Positions 10,042 to 19,203 of a stretch of DNA of 64,000 bases are shown piece by piece. The translations under genes and the position numbers were made by a program. Below the pieces are notes generated by a model. That model had not been told where the DNA came from. It searched no databases and saw only the letters and a list, made by a program, of their open reading frames with translations. The stretch spans positions 2,008 to 66,007 of the forward strand of contig JAIMAU010000012.1 of NCBI GenBank assembly GCA_023511795.1, given 5' to 3'. How positions within the stretch are numbered: the first letter of the stretch is position 1; every line of letters starts with the position of its first letter. The stretch is from Armatimonadota bacterium (GTDB taxonomy: Bacteria > Armatimonadota > UBA5829 > DTJY01).

Positions 10042-11439
10042 GTGAGCACTTCCAAACCTAAAATTGGTCTTCTACCCCTTTACTTTGAGCTTTATGACAA
10101 GGTTCTACCGCACGTGAAACCGAAGATTGACGCTTTTTATCAAACAATAGCCAATTCGCTGGAAGAACGGGGTCTTGAAGTAATAAAAAGCGCCGTTTGT
10201 CGTGTTAGAACAGAGTTCGAACATACTATGGATAAATTTTTACAAGCTGGAGTGGATGCTATCGTTACCTTACACCTAGCCTACTCCCCATCTCTCGAGG
10301 CGGCAGATGTGCTAGTCAGAACAAAATTGCCAATTATTATCCTAGATACGACACCTGCTTATTCCTTTGGTCCCAGCCAAAATACTGAAGAACTCATGTA
10401 CAACCACGGAATTCATGGCGTTCAAGACTTATGCAATCTACTAATCCGACGTGGAAAAAGCTTTTATATCGAAGCTGGCCATTGGGAAAAGTCCGACGTC
10501 CTCGACCGCGTGGCATTATGGGCACGGGCAGCTTTACTCACAACCGCAATTCGAACCGCAAATGTAGGGCTTATAGGAAGACCTTTTGAGGGAATGGCAG
10601 ATTTTTTGATATCACCTGACTTGCTGAGGAGCAGCATTGGCATCAAAACCGTCGAAACCACTTTTGTCGCCCTTGCGACGCTCCTTCCGTCAGAAAATGA
10701 CCCCAAAGTAGAGGATGAAATAAGAGCTGACCACTCAACTTTTTTACTCAAAACAGTTGACCATCAGGCACACAGAACTACAATTCGGGCATGCTTGGCA
10801 GTACGCTACTGGATGGAAAAAGAGCAACTCAGCGCATTTACTTTTAATTATAGAGAGATTAACCGGTCTACTGGGTTTCCAACTGCACCTTTTCTTGAAG
10901 CTAGCAAAGCCATGGCAAGGGGTATGGGATATGCAGGGGAGGGCGATATTCTCACTGCCGCTCTTGTTGGAGCTCTCGCATCACAATACCCTGCAACGAC
11001 CTTTGCCGAGATGTTCTGCCCTGACTGGGAAAACAACTGTGTTCTTATAAGCCATATGGGTGAAATGAACTTTCAACTTGCGGACAGCAAGCCTGCTTTG
11101 GTTAAAAAAGAGATGCCATGGGTGGATGCAGAAAGCCCAGTATTGGCAGTCGGACGATTCAGAAAAGGGGAAGCAGTATTGGTTAACTTAGCACCGGGTG
11201 CTGATGAGAACTTTACGTTGATTCTTGCTCCGGTTGCCATGCTGCAAATTGAAGGCGAAGATAGAATGACTGATTTGGTAAGAGGCTGGATGCGCCCGAA
11301 AATGCCGCTTGTCGATTTTCTGACGGATTTCAGCTACCTTGGCGGAACCCATCACTCTGCACTAGTTTATGATGCAGACATCGACAACCTAATACGCTTC
11401 GGGGAATTAATGGGCTGGCGCACTGCACTATTGGAATGA
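10042..11439 (+). CDS. L-arabinose isomerase-like sugar isomerase family protein
   Basis: 465-aa ORF with a GTG start. The N-terminal Rossmann-like layout and the motifs GEGDILTAAL and ISHMGE resemble the AraA EGD..TAAL and SHM.E segments. Substrate is unknown. Confidence 0.6.
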   Translation: MSTSKPKIGLLPLYFELYDKVLPHVKPKIDAFYQTIANSLEERGLEVIKSAVCRVRTEFEHTMDKFLQAGVDAIVTLHLAYSPSLEAADVLVRTKLPIIILDTTPAYSFGPSQNTEELMYNHGIHGVQDLCNLLIRRGKSFYIEAGHWEKSDVLDRVALWARAALLTTAIRTANVGLIGRPFEGMADFLISPDLLRSSIGIKTVETTFVALATLLPSENDPKVEDEIRADHSTFLLKTVDHQAHRTTIRACLAVRYWMEKEQLSAFTFNYREINRSTGFPTAPFLEASKAMARGMGYAGEGDILTAALVGALASQYPATTFAEMFCPDWENNCVLISHMGEMNFQLADSKPALVKKEMPWVDAESPVLAVGRFRKGEAVLVNLAPGADENFTLILAPVAMLQIEGEDRMTDLVRGWMRPKMPLVDFLTDFSYLGGTHHSALVYDADIDNLIRFGELMGWRTALLE

Positions 11440-11581
11440 GGTTCTTTTTTAGGAAGTATCGGAACTACGCCAGCAATATGTACAGCAGTTCGTGAGGTTT
11501 GCAAGGTTCCCGGTTCTCACGGGCTACTATTATGCAACCTATTCCAAATCGAGTCTGGTTCCTCAATGAAAATGGCTTGCT

Positions 11582-12727
11582 TTAAAAAGGCTTAGGAAAG
11601 TCTACCCAACTGTGCGTTAATGCTGATTCTTCGGCAGCAGCCAGCAACTTCTGGACATAAAGCCCTCTTTTAAGCGACGGTTCGGCTGGTTTCCCTTCCG
11701 CAACTGCCAAGAGGAAATTGTATAAGCAGTGCATGTGACCCCTCAACCAACCGATGCTCGCTTTGCCCGATGGGAATACTGCAGGCTTATCATACTTTTG
11801 AACGCAAGATATTTTCTTCCAACCTCGCGAACCACCTAGCGGAGCATCAACGTCACGAAGGTCATATGCTTCCAACCAATTCAAATCCATCAGGTTGAAC
11901 CGAATTGCACCTTTATCACCATGTATTTCGAACCGGAACTCGTCTTCTGTTCCTGTGGCAATTTTAGATGCCTCAAGCGTTCCGACAGTACCGTTTGGCA
12001 GTCGAACAAGCATCACAACCTGATCATCCGCCTCCACTTGGACAATCTGGCCGTTCTGGTTGGGACGAGTAGGGTATAAAATGCGCAATTCGGCAAGAAC
12101 TTTTTCAAATGGACCAATATACCAATCCATTAAATCAACCACATGGGATCCTAGGTCTTGGAGCACTCCAGCACCCTCAGATTTTAACTGCTTCCAACGC
12201 ATTGGTATGTTTGGATCAACCTGGCCTGAATGTAGGTATGCAGCTCTGAAGCCGATAACATTACCTAGAAAACCTTCCTCAATGAGATGTTTCGCCCGAA
12301 TTGTAGCAGGAAGAAAGCGGTAATTAAACGTCATTTGCCCAATTCCTTTGTATTCACAAAGCGCTTTCTCAATCTTTTCTATGGCATCCTTCCCGACTAC
12401 AAGTGGCTTGTCACAATATATATGCTTCCCCGCAGCCATTGCCGCAAGAAGCTGGTCTGTATGCTGGCTGTTTGGCGTGCAAATGTTTATGATATGAATA
12501 TCCTCTCGCTTAATAAGCTCACGCCAGTCTGATGTGGCAAATTCAAAACCACCTATCTCCTTAGCTTTTTGCGCCGTTTCAGACCGCGAGGTAGCGACAC
12601 CAACGAGCTTAGTGCGCACAGGCACGGGGTCATAAAACAAAGGCATGTTTAAATAACCATATGCATGCGCTTTGCCAATAAAACCAAATCCGATTATTCC
12701 TACACCTAGCGTGTCCATATCCAACAT
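11582..12727 (-). CDS. Gfo/Idh/MocA family NAD(P)-dependent oxidoreductase
   Basis: N-terminal dinucleotide-binding motif GIIGFGFIGKAH, a conserved C-P (EKP-like) segment (IYCDKPL), and a family-typical C-terminal alpha/beta domain. Confidence 0.85.
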   Translation of the reverse strand: MLDMDTLGVGIIGFGFIGKAHAYGYLNMPLFYDPVPVRTKLVGVATSRSETAQKAKEIGGFEFATSDWRELIKREDIHIINICTPNSQHTDQLLAAMAAGKHIYCDKPLVVGKDAIEKIEKALCEYKGIGQMTFNYRFLPATIRAKHLIEEGFLGNVIGFRAAYLHSGQVDPNIPMRWKQLKSEGAGVLQDLGSHVVDLMDWYIGPFEKVLAELRILYPTRPNQNGQIVQVEADDQVVMLVRLPNGTVGTLEASKIATGTEDEFRFEIHGDKGAIRFNLMDLNWLEAYDLRDVDAPLGGSRGWKKISCVQKYDKPAVFPSGKASIGWLRGHMHCLYNFLLAVAEGKPAEPSLKRGLYVQKLLAAAEESALTHSWVDFPKPF

Positions 12728-13116
12728 TCCTTAATATCCCATCCCACGTTCTACTTTAGCTTTTGGATTCCTTGCTATATCCATAGCCGCAATTTATTCG
12801 CATCAATCTGCGACCATATTAAAAGGGTGTTCCTGGCAAGCATAACCTTTCTGAAATCTGAAAAAATAGTACCTTGCTTGTCCTCAATTGTCAAGCTAGG
12901 TTACTGCTAAAGAAATTAGCTTTATAAAGCTATCAAAAAGCGCACATATACATTTTTGGCATGATTCTTGCAGGTAACATTACTAGAAAAATACCATTCG
13001 TTCAGCACCTAAAGTGCTATCACTAAAACAGAAAAGTTTTCGGTAAGCAATGTTCAATCTTGCACTAACCGATTCCAATAGGTAGGCGATTATGATTGGC
13101 AGAGGAGGTAATACTA

Positions 13117-13926
13117 ATGGGGCGTAGGTTTCAGTTCGCAGTTAGTTTGGCTCTTCTAATTCTAATTTGTTACTCAGCAAATGCTGACCCAGTCAAATAC
13201 GTCCAGAATCCCAATCGTGACATTAGTTTCGATTATGCATCTCATATACTAAATGGTGTGGGATTTTTAATGGCTGATGATTGGACATGTAGCGATGGCC
13301 TTCCAATAACAGACATTCACTGGTGGGGGTCGTATTGGGTTCCTCCCACTACAGGGCCTATTTCATATTCTGATTGGCGACCAAGCGCACCTCCCGGCGG
13401 AATCACCAAGTTCACAATTGCAATTTTCTCCAATGTTCCAGCAAATGACCCGAACAATACACTCGGGTTTGCGCATCCTGGCAATTTAAACTATCCTCTA
13501 TGGATTGGTGAATACACAGGTGGGTGGAACGAAACTTTTGCCTTCAGTATAGACAAAGGTAATGGAGTTTTCGAAAACGTATATAAGTACAGTGTATTTC
13601 TCGAAGATGGATACAATCCACTTACACAGTCTCCATCGCCCCCCACTTTCAACCAATCAAAAGATACGACCTATTGGTTGGCGATTTGGGCTGAACTCCC
13701 CGCTGGCAAGCAGTGGGGTTGGCATGAAGCTGCTGGCCACTATGGTAATTATGCCGTTCAAACAGAAATCAGTGGCACGGCTGAAGACTGGTTTATCCCC
13801 TGCGGCGGGCGAGACATGGCATTTGAACTCACAGTAGTACCCGAGCCTAGCTCGGTACTAGTTTTGAGTATTGGAGCAGCTTCTCTCTTCGGCCTCCAGG
13901 TAATAAAAAGAAAACGCTCAAGTTAA
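13117..13926 (+). CDS. PEP-CTERM sorting-domain exported protein
   Basis: The ATG at 13117 has GGAGG 8 nt upstream (the track ORF starts at TTG 13096). There is an N-terminal signal peptide. The C-terminus VPEPSSVLVLSIGAASLFGLQVIKRKRSS gives the PEP motif, a TM helix and a basic tail. Confidence 0.8.
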   Translation: MGRRFQFAVSLALLILICYSANADPVKYVQNPNRDISFDYASHILNGVGFLMADDWTCSDGLPITDIHWWGSYWVPPTTGPISYSDWRPSAPPGGITKFTIAIFSNVPANDPNNTLGFAHPGNLNYPLWIGEYTGGWNETFAFSIDKGNGVFENVYKYSVFLEDGYNPLTQSPSPPTFNQSKDTTYWLAIWAELPAGKQWGWHEAAGHYGNYAVQTEISGTAEDWFIPCGGRDMAFELTVVPEPSSVLVLSIGAASLFGLQVIKRKRSS

Positions 13927-13958
13927 CTAACATCTTATTAAATAGGTGCTAAGAAAAA

Positions 13959-13993
13959 GCCTGGAAGATTCTAAATCTACCAGGCCCTTTTGC
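13959..13993 (+). terminator. Candidate intrinsic terminator after the PEP-CTERM gene
   Basis: GCCTGG-15 nt-CCAGGC followed by CCTTTTGC. The stem is short and the loop long, so the call is weak. Confidence 0.4.
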
Positions 13994-14051
13994 ATCTGCC
14001 ACAGATCATAAAGATTTGACGGGCTAATCGAACATTAGATATACTTCTGGT

Positions 14052-15287
14052 ATGAAGCCTCAAACCATCCGCATAATAGACAAATGGGTTGGACAACCTT
14101 TATGCGGATTGCTAACCCTTTTCCGCACAGCCACAAGCCCATTAACAAAGAAATCGCGCCCGTTGAGGAAAATCTTATTTATCAAATTTATTGAGCAAGG
14201 GGCTACTGTCCTCGCATATCCTGCCATCAAGAGGGCAATTGAGCTTGTGGGACGAGAGAATATTTACTTTTGGGTGTTTGAGGAAAATCGGCCAGTACTG
14301 GATTTCCTTGATGTCATTCCCTCCGAGAATATCTACACTGTGCGCACAGACAGCATCTCTACGTTTTTATCCGATATTCTGCGAACTCTTTGCCAAATTA
14401 GGCGAGAAAAAATCGACGCCACCATCGACATGGAGTTTTTCACACGCGCACCAGCAATTCTTAGCTACCTAACTGGGGCTTGTCGCCGCGTCGGGATGCA
14501 CCGCTTCACTAGCGAAATACCCTATCGTGGCAACTTAATGACACATCGAATACAATACAACCCTTATCTCCACACAGCTGTAACATATTATACACTAGTA
14601 GAATCCCTCCTGCGAGATTCATCTGAAATACCGATGGTAAAATGCAAGCTTGCAGATATCGACCTGTCGCCTCCTTCATTCAATCCTAGCGAAAAAGAAA
14701 AAATAAGAATGCGAGAAACTTTGAGTCAGATAGCTGGACGAAACGTAGAACGACCAATTGTTTTGCTCAATCCAAACGCCAGCGATTTGATACCGATAAG
14801 ACGCTGGCCGAAAGAATACTTTGTTGGTCTTGGAAAGCGAATACTTGCAGACCATCCGAGAGTTACCCTCGTAATTACCGGCTCACCATCCGAAAAAGAC
14901 ACCGCGCTTGAAGTTTCCCGCGAAATTGGCTCGGACCGGATAATCAATATGGCAGGCAAGACAACGCTTCGCGAACTGTTGGTGCTTTACACCATATCCG
15001 ATATACTTGTAACCAACGACAGCGGGCCAGTTCACTTCGCATCTCTAACTAATATCAACTCAGTTTGCTTATTCGGGCCAGAAACCCCTAGGCTTTACAG
15101 GCCGCTTGGCAACCGAGCTTACGTTATAACATCAGACCTTGCGTGTAGCCCTTGCGTAAATGTCTACAACCATCGTTTTTCGCCATGCCGAGATAACACA
15201 TGCATGAAAACAATCACGGTGGAAGAAGTTTACAAGGTTGTTTCTAGCTTATTATCCGAAATTGATACAAAAGAACATGCAAAGTAG
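14052..15287 (+). CDS. Glycosyltransferase family 9 (heptosyltransferase-like)
   Basis: 411-aa ORF. The C-terminal half has the GT9-typical motif VTNDSGPVHFAS and the LCLFGPETP region. Confidence 0.8.
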   Translation: MKPQTIRIIDKWVGQPLCGLLTLFRTATSPLTKKSRPLRKILFIKFIEQGATVLAYPAIKRAIELVGRENIYFWVFEENRPVLDFLDVIPSENIYTVRTDSISTFLSDILRTLCQIRREKIDATIDMEFFTRAPAILSYLTGACRRVGMHRFTSEIPYRGNLMTHRIQYNPYLHTAVTYYTLVESLLRDSSEIPMVKCKLADIDLSPPSFNPSEKEKIRMRETLSQIAGRNVERPIVLLNPNASDLIPIRRWPKEYFVGLGKRILADHPRVTLVITGSPSEKDTALEVSREIGSDRIINMAGKTTLRELLVLYTISDILVTNDSGPVHFASLTNINSVCLFGPETPRLYRPLGNRAYVITSDLACSPCVNVYNHRFSPCRDNTCMKTITVEEVYKVVSSLLSEIDTKEHAK

Positions 15288-15319
15288 CCGCTTCAAACAA
15301 ACGTGGGACGAAAAATCAG

Positions 15320-15348
15320 TTGCAATTACTTACTGGTCGTAGTATAAT
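15320..15348 (+). promoter_or_regulatory. Sigma70-like promoter for tRNA-Ala
   Basis: TTGCAA-17 nt-TATAAT, ending 17 nt upstream of the tRNA 5' end. Confidence 0.4.
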
Positions 15349-15365
15349 ATTTTTGAATTTAACGT

Positions 15366-15440
15366 GGGGCTGTAGCTCAGAGGGAGAGCGCTTCCTTGGC
15401 ATGGAAGAGGTCGTGGGTTCGACTCCCATCAGCTCCACCA
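15366..15440 (+). tRNA. tRNA-Ala (anticodon GGC), CCA encoded
   Basis: I folded the cloverleaf by hand. Acceptor GGGGCTG/CAGCTCC carries the G3:U70 alanine identity pair. D arm is GCTC-AGAGGGA-GAGC. Anticodon arm is CTTCC-TTGGCAT-GGAAG (anticodon GGC). T arm is GTGGG-TTCGACT-CCCAT. The 3' end is ACCA. Confidence 0.95.
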
Positions 15441-15577
15441 TTTAATTTTATACAGACCTTAACTACAATAGGCAGGAAGCATTGATAACAATAACAAAGA
15501 AAGGGAGCATGTCTTACACCTTACAAAGCTCTCCGACTTTCTACGGACGGGCTTGCCCTCTTAAAATCCACTGGAAA

Positions 15578-16267
15578 ATGATTGTTAAACTTCTCCCTTT
15601 AATCCTTGCCATTCTCTTAACTCTTCCAGCAAAAGCAAAGACCACCCCCAAACTTTTCGAGCCTGACGTACTTGTGTTCATTCAACTTACAGGCACTAAC
15701 ATGGATTTTGTGTCTTTTACTTATCCAAAGGTCGTGTCGAAGACCCAAGCAATGACACATTTGAATCGTGTGACAGCAGAAACCGGCTGGCAGGCACTGG
15801 ATCTCCGTATAACTAACAACAGCCTCTTAAAAAGTGGAAGCAACCCAATGACGTCAGTTGAGTTTGTTACACCACAAGCAGTCAAACTTGATTTAGGGGG
15901 ACTTCCGGTCGAGCCGTTTGTGAAGGCTTTCAAGGATTTAAACCATATCGAGCTTGTGTATGCAACACCACCAAACTTCATATTTCAAGGATTGAGGCAG
16001 TTTGAAAATAAATACGTCAAAATCTCGCTTCAACGTGGCACTAATACTTATAGATACTTGATTACAATTAAGGATTCGAACTTTGAAACGCTTGGGCTGC
16101 CATTTCTACAGCCTGAAACACCATCCGCACCCAAAACAGAAAGACCTGTTGAGCACAAGTCTCGTACTCTTGCAGCCATACTGATTATTATTCTTGCGCT
16201 AGTAGCTGGAGCATTAACATATAAGCTCGTCGGACGACTAGTTTATTCGAGTCGCTCCGGCAGATAA
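15578..16267 (+). CDS. Hypothetical exported protein with C-terminal TM anchor
   Basis: The ORF is open from 15482. The ATG at 15578 gives a canonical signal peptide (MIVKLLPLILAILLTLPAKA). A C-terminal hydrophobic helix (LAAILIIILALVAGALTY) is present. I recognise no family, and alternative starts are 15482 and 15509. Confidence 0.6.
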   Translation: MIVKLLPLILAILLTLPAKAKTTPKLFEPDVLVFIQLTGTNMDFVSFTYPKVVSKTQAMTHLNRVTAETGWQALDLRITNNSLLKSGSNPMTSVEFVTPQAVKLDLGGLPVEPFVKAFKDLNHIELVYATPPNFIFQGLRQFENKYVKISLQRGTNTYRYLITIKDSNFETLGLPFLQPETPSAPKTERPVEHKSRTLAAILIIILALVAGALTYKLVGRLVYSSRSGR

Positions 16268-16286
16268 AGGAGATGAGCCAAAACAT

Positions 16287-17345
16287 ATGGATCTAGTTGA
16301 ACTTTTAAAACTGGCAGCAGATAAGAAAGCATCAGACCTATTCTTGAAAGAAAATGCCCCACCTACACTTCGCGTAAACGGGCAAGTAACACCGACTGAT
16401 TATCCAAAACTGACAGCAGATGACGTTCGGCAGCTTGCTTATAGCATTATGACCCACGACCAAATCGGGCGATTTGAACATAGACACGAACTAGATTTAG
16501 CTTTCACAATGGAAAATGTTGCCCGATTTAGAGCAAACATATATCAGCAGCGAGGAAGCATCGCAATGGTGCTCCGAATCATCCCCTTAGAAATCTACAC
16601 TCTTGACGAATTGGGGATACCATCGGTTATAAAGGACCTTACAATGCACCGCCAGGGACTGGTGCTTGTCACTGGCCCAACAGGTTCGGGCAAATCCACC
16701 ACGCTGGCAGCAATGATAGATTTAATAAACAACACTCGCACATGTAATATCGTTACCATCGAAGACCCAATTGAGTTTGTTCATGAAGACAAAAAGGCCA
16801 TTATAAGTCAGCGCGAAGTAGGGATAGACACGGATTCGTTTACTGATGCGTTGAAGTACGTTGTGCGCCAGAGCCCAGATGTCATCCTTATAGGAGAGAT
16901 GCGCGACGTTGAGACTATGAACGTAGCATTGGCAGCGTCCGAAACTGGACATTTGGTTTTCTCGACGGTGCACACAACCAGCGCAGCAGAAACACTCGAC
17001 CGAACTATAAATATGTTCCCTCCGCATGACAAACCGCAGATTTGTATGCGCATGGCCAACTCACTTCGAGGCATAATTTCACAAAAGCTATTGCCCAAAG
17101 CAGATGGTTCGGGGCGAATCGCCGCAGTAGAAATCATGATATCAACACCAACAATAAACAAGCTTATCGAAGAGGGACGCTCAGGGCAACTCTACGCTGC
17201 AATCAGCGAGGGAGGATTCTGGGGTATGCAGACGATGAATCAATGTCTGGTAAAATACTACAAGGCTGGGTTGATTACCGAAGAGGAAGCCATACTTAAT
17301 GCTGGCAACCTAACTGAGCTTAAGCAAATGATTAGGCGTCCATAG
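16287..17345 (+). CDS. pilT: Type IV pilus retraction ATPase PilT
   Basis: Walker A GPTGSGKST, the PilT-family motifs TIEDPIEF and ILIGEMRD, and the AIRNLIRE-like segment; RBS AAGGAG upstream. Confidence 0.9.
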   Translation: MDLVELLKLAADKKASDLFLKENAPPTLRVNGQVTPTDYPKLTADDVRQLAYSIMTHDQIGRFEHRHELDLAFTMENVARFRANIYQQRGSIAMVLRIIPLEIYTLDELGIPSVIKDLTMHRQGLVLVTGPTGSGKSTTLAAMIDLINNTRTCNIVTIEDPIEFVHEDKKAIISQREVGIDTDSFTDALKYVVRQSPDVILIGEMRDVETMNVALAASETGHLVFSTVHTTSAAETLDRTINMFPPHDKPQICMRMANSLRGIISQKLLPKADGSGRIAAVEIMISTPTINKLIEEGRSGQLYAAISEGGFWGMQTMNQCLVKYYKAGLITEEEAILNAGNLTELKQMIRRP

Positions 17346-17392
17346 AATTTGCTTTTAATAATTAATTTCGAACAATTTTAATAGAACGATGA

Positions 17393-18163
17393 TTATTCAA
17401 ATGGCTTCGCTAGGGTAGGGCAGCCGCATTTAGAATCATCGGGTATCATCATAATTGCCCGCTCCAAAAGGCTTCGTATCTCCGTAGAGCGGGCCTTTAC
17501 CATTTTGACAACATCTTCATGTGAAAGAATCACATCCGACAATCCTGCGCCATAATTCGCAACGATTGCAAGGCATGAGTAACACATGCCAAATTCCCTC
17601 GCAAGAATTGTTTCAGGAACTGCCGTCATGCCTACAACGTCGCCACCAAGTTTGCCAAGCATTCGAACCTCCGCTGGAGTCTCATATCTGGGTCCACTCA
17701 TCCCAACATAAGTAACTCCTGGCAAATTCCCCAATCCAAGGCAAAGAGCAGCTTGCCGAAGGAAAGACATAAGTTCAGTACAATACGGCATTGAGAAATC
17801 GACATGCACAATCATTCCGGGCTTGTCATAACGTGTAATCGGATGCCCCTTCATAAAGTCTATAAAATCTTCTAGCAATGCAAGGCTTCCAGGTCCAATA
17901 TCTAATCGAAGAGATCCAACAGCGGCTGTTGCAATAATTCTTGATACACCAACCTCCTTTAAAGCCCATAAATTAGCATGATAGTTTACTAAGTGCGGCG
18001 GCCTATCCATACCAAGCCCATGCCTTCTGAGTACTATAACCTCGCGACCACCAATGTTTGCATGGGTTATGCATGCAGAACCATAGGGAGTTTGGATTTC
18101 CTCCCATGTTCCTAATTGAAATAGGTCTCCCGTCCCTGTGCCTGCTATCAGAGCGAGCTTCAT
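17393..18163 (-). CDS. mtnP: S-methyl-5'-thioadenosine phosphorylase (MTAP/PNP family)
   Basis: The N-terminus IAGTGTG...TPYG, then LRRHG...PPHLVNYHANLWALKEVGV and AAVGSL, are typical of MTAP. GGAGG RBS upstream. Confidence 0.8.
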   Translation of the reverse strand: MKLALIAGTGTGDLFQLGTWEEIQTPYGSACITHANIGGREVIVLRRHGLGMDRPPHLVNYHANLWALKEVGVSRIIATAAVGSLRLDIGPGSLALLEDFIDFMKGHPITRYDKPGMIVHVDFSMPYCTELMSFLRQAALCLGLGNLPGVTYVGMSGPRYETPAEVRMLGKLGGDVVGMTAVPETILAREFGMCYSCLAIVANYGAGLSDVILSHEDVVKMVKARSTEIRSLLERAIMMIPDDSKCGCPTLAKPFE

Positions 18164-18239
18164 CTTAACCTCCTAAGGGTTGAAAAGCTTGACATGGAAA
18201 AGACTAAAAGGTAAATTTACATAGGATTAATCTATTGGC

Positions 18240-18268
18240 ATTCTAAAGCAAACTACGAACAATCTCAA
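18240..18268 (-). promoter_or_regulatory. Candidate sigma70-like promoter for the MTAP gene
   Basis: The minus strand reads TTGAGA-17 nt-TAGAAT, about 75 nt upstream of the start codon. Confidence 0.3.
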
Positions 18269-18387
18269 CAAAATCTAGGCACAAAATTTGCTTTCCCCCT
18301 TATTTGGCACAGCAGGCAAGAAACCTTTCGCATTAGTGAAGTTGAGGCAAGGTTCTTAATCCCTTGCCATCTTCAACACATATATGG

Positions 18388-18416
18388 TTAGCATTCGAGG
18401 GAATATTGGGTATAAT
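18388..18416 (+). promoter_or_regulatory. Candidate sigma70-like promoter with extended -10, heading a ~370-nt leader
   Basis: TTAGCA-17 nt-TATAAT with TGG immediately upstream of the -10 (TGnTATAAT). The next + strand gene starts at 18785. Confidence 0.4.
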
Positions 18417-18784
18417 ACCAACAGCTGAAGGTTCACTAATAATGCAAGTATATTTGCCCAACGGCTGACTTGGGTGGCAAAAGAAACATGCCATTACAAG
18501 AAAGCTAGTAACCCGTTTATTTTTGAAGGTAAATTTTTTACTAACGTTAAAATTAAAGATAGTCGGCGGACAAAACCTTCAGATGGAATGTTAAAAATTA
18601 ATCATTTGCAACACCTACACAATTGCCCTCAGAATAGGCAATGACTTAATTGTTTTCATCGCCCGCGATGAAAACAAAAACATCAGGTTGGAACCAGACC
18701 CAGCTCTTGCTGGGAAACCATGCACTTTCGACCTCAAACTAAACTTTAGCTAAGCGAGGTTCATTCAAATAAGGAGGGATGACT

Positions 18785-19135
18785 ATGGAGACGGATCTCG
18801 ATATTAAAATCAGAAGAGCTGGCAATGTTCCTGTAATTGACCTTAAAGGTGATGTAGACTCATATACTTGCATTAAACTTCGAAACGCAATTGTCGACCT
18901 GATTGAAAATGGTGAATTTCGAATATTAATTAGCATGGAAGGTGTGCAATATATAGATAGTGCAGGGCTAGGCACCTTAATAGGTGGTCTTAGGCGAACG
19001 GGCGAAAGAAACGGAGGCATGGCACTTATCGGAGCAAATACCCAGGTCAAGAAAGTACTAAGCATTACCGGTTTGACAAAGGTTCTTGACCTCTATGATA
19101 ATGAGGCAGATGCCATACGCCAGCTTACCAGCTAA
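18785..19135 (+). CDS. STAS-domain anti-sigma-factor antagonist (SpoIIAA/RsbV-like)
   Basis: The ATG at 18785 lies 7 nt after AAGGAGG. The conserved phosphorylatable-serine context YIDSAGLGTL and the C-terminal LSITGL motif are present. Confidence 0.85.
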   Translation: METDLDIKIRRAGNVPVIDLKGDVDSYTCIKLRNAIVDLIENGEFRILISMEGVQYIDSAGLGTLIGGLRRTGERNGGMALIGANTQVKKVLSITGLTKVLDLYDNEADAIRQLTS

Positions 19136-19203
19136 CAAGAGACCACTGGCAGTGTATTCTTTTATCCACAAAATTCGAAAAAAAAGGGTGATGGGAGAAA
19201 TAC

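Noticed and set aside
15366-15480. tRNA-Ala as an integration site for a mobile element
   Set aside because: There is no integrase, and I noticed no direct repeat of the tRNA 3' end by eye. Flanking genes (GT9, pilT) look native.
19175-19190. A8 homopolymer upstream of the GT4 RBS as a phase-variation switch
   Set aside because: The tract is short for slipped-strand regulation and lies outside the -35/-10 spacer or coding region. There is no supporting evidence.
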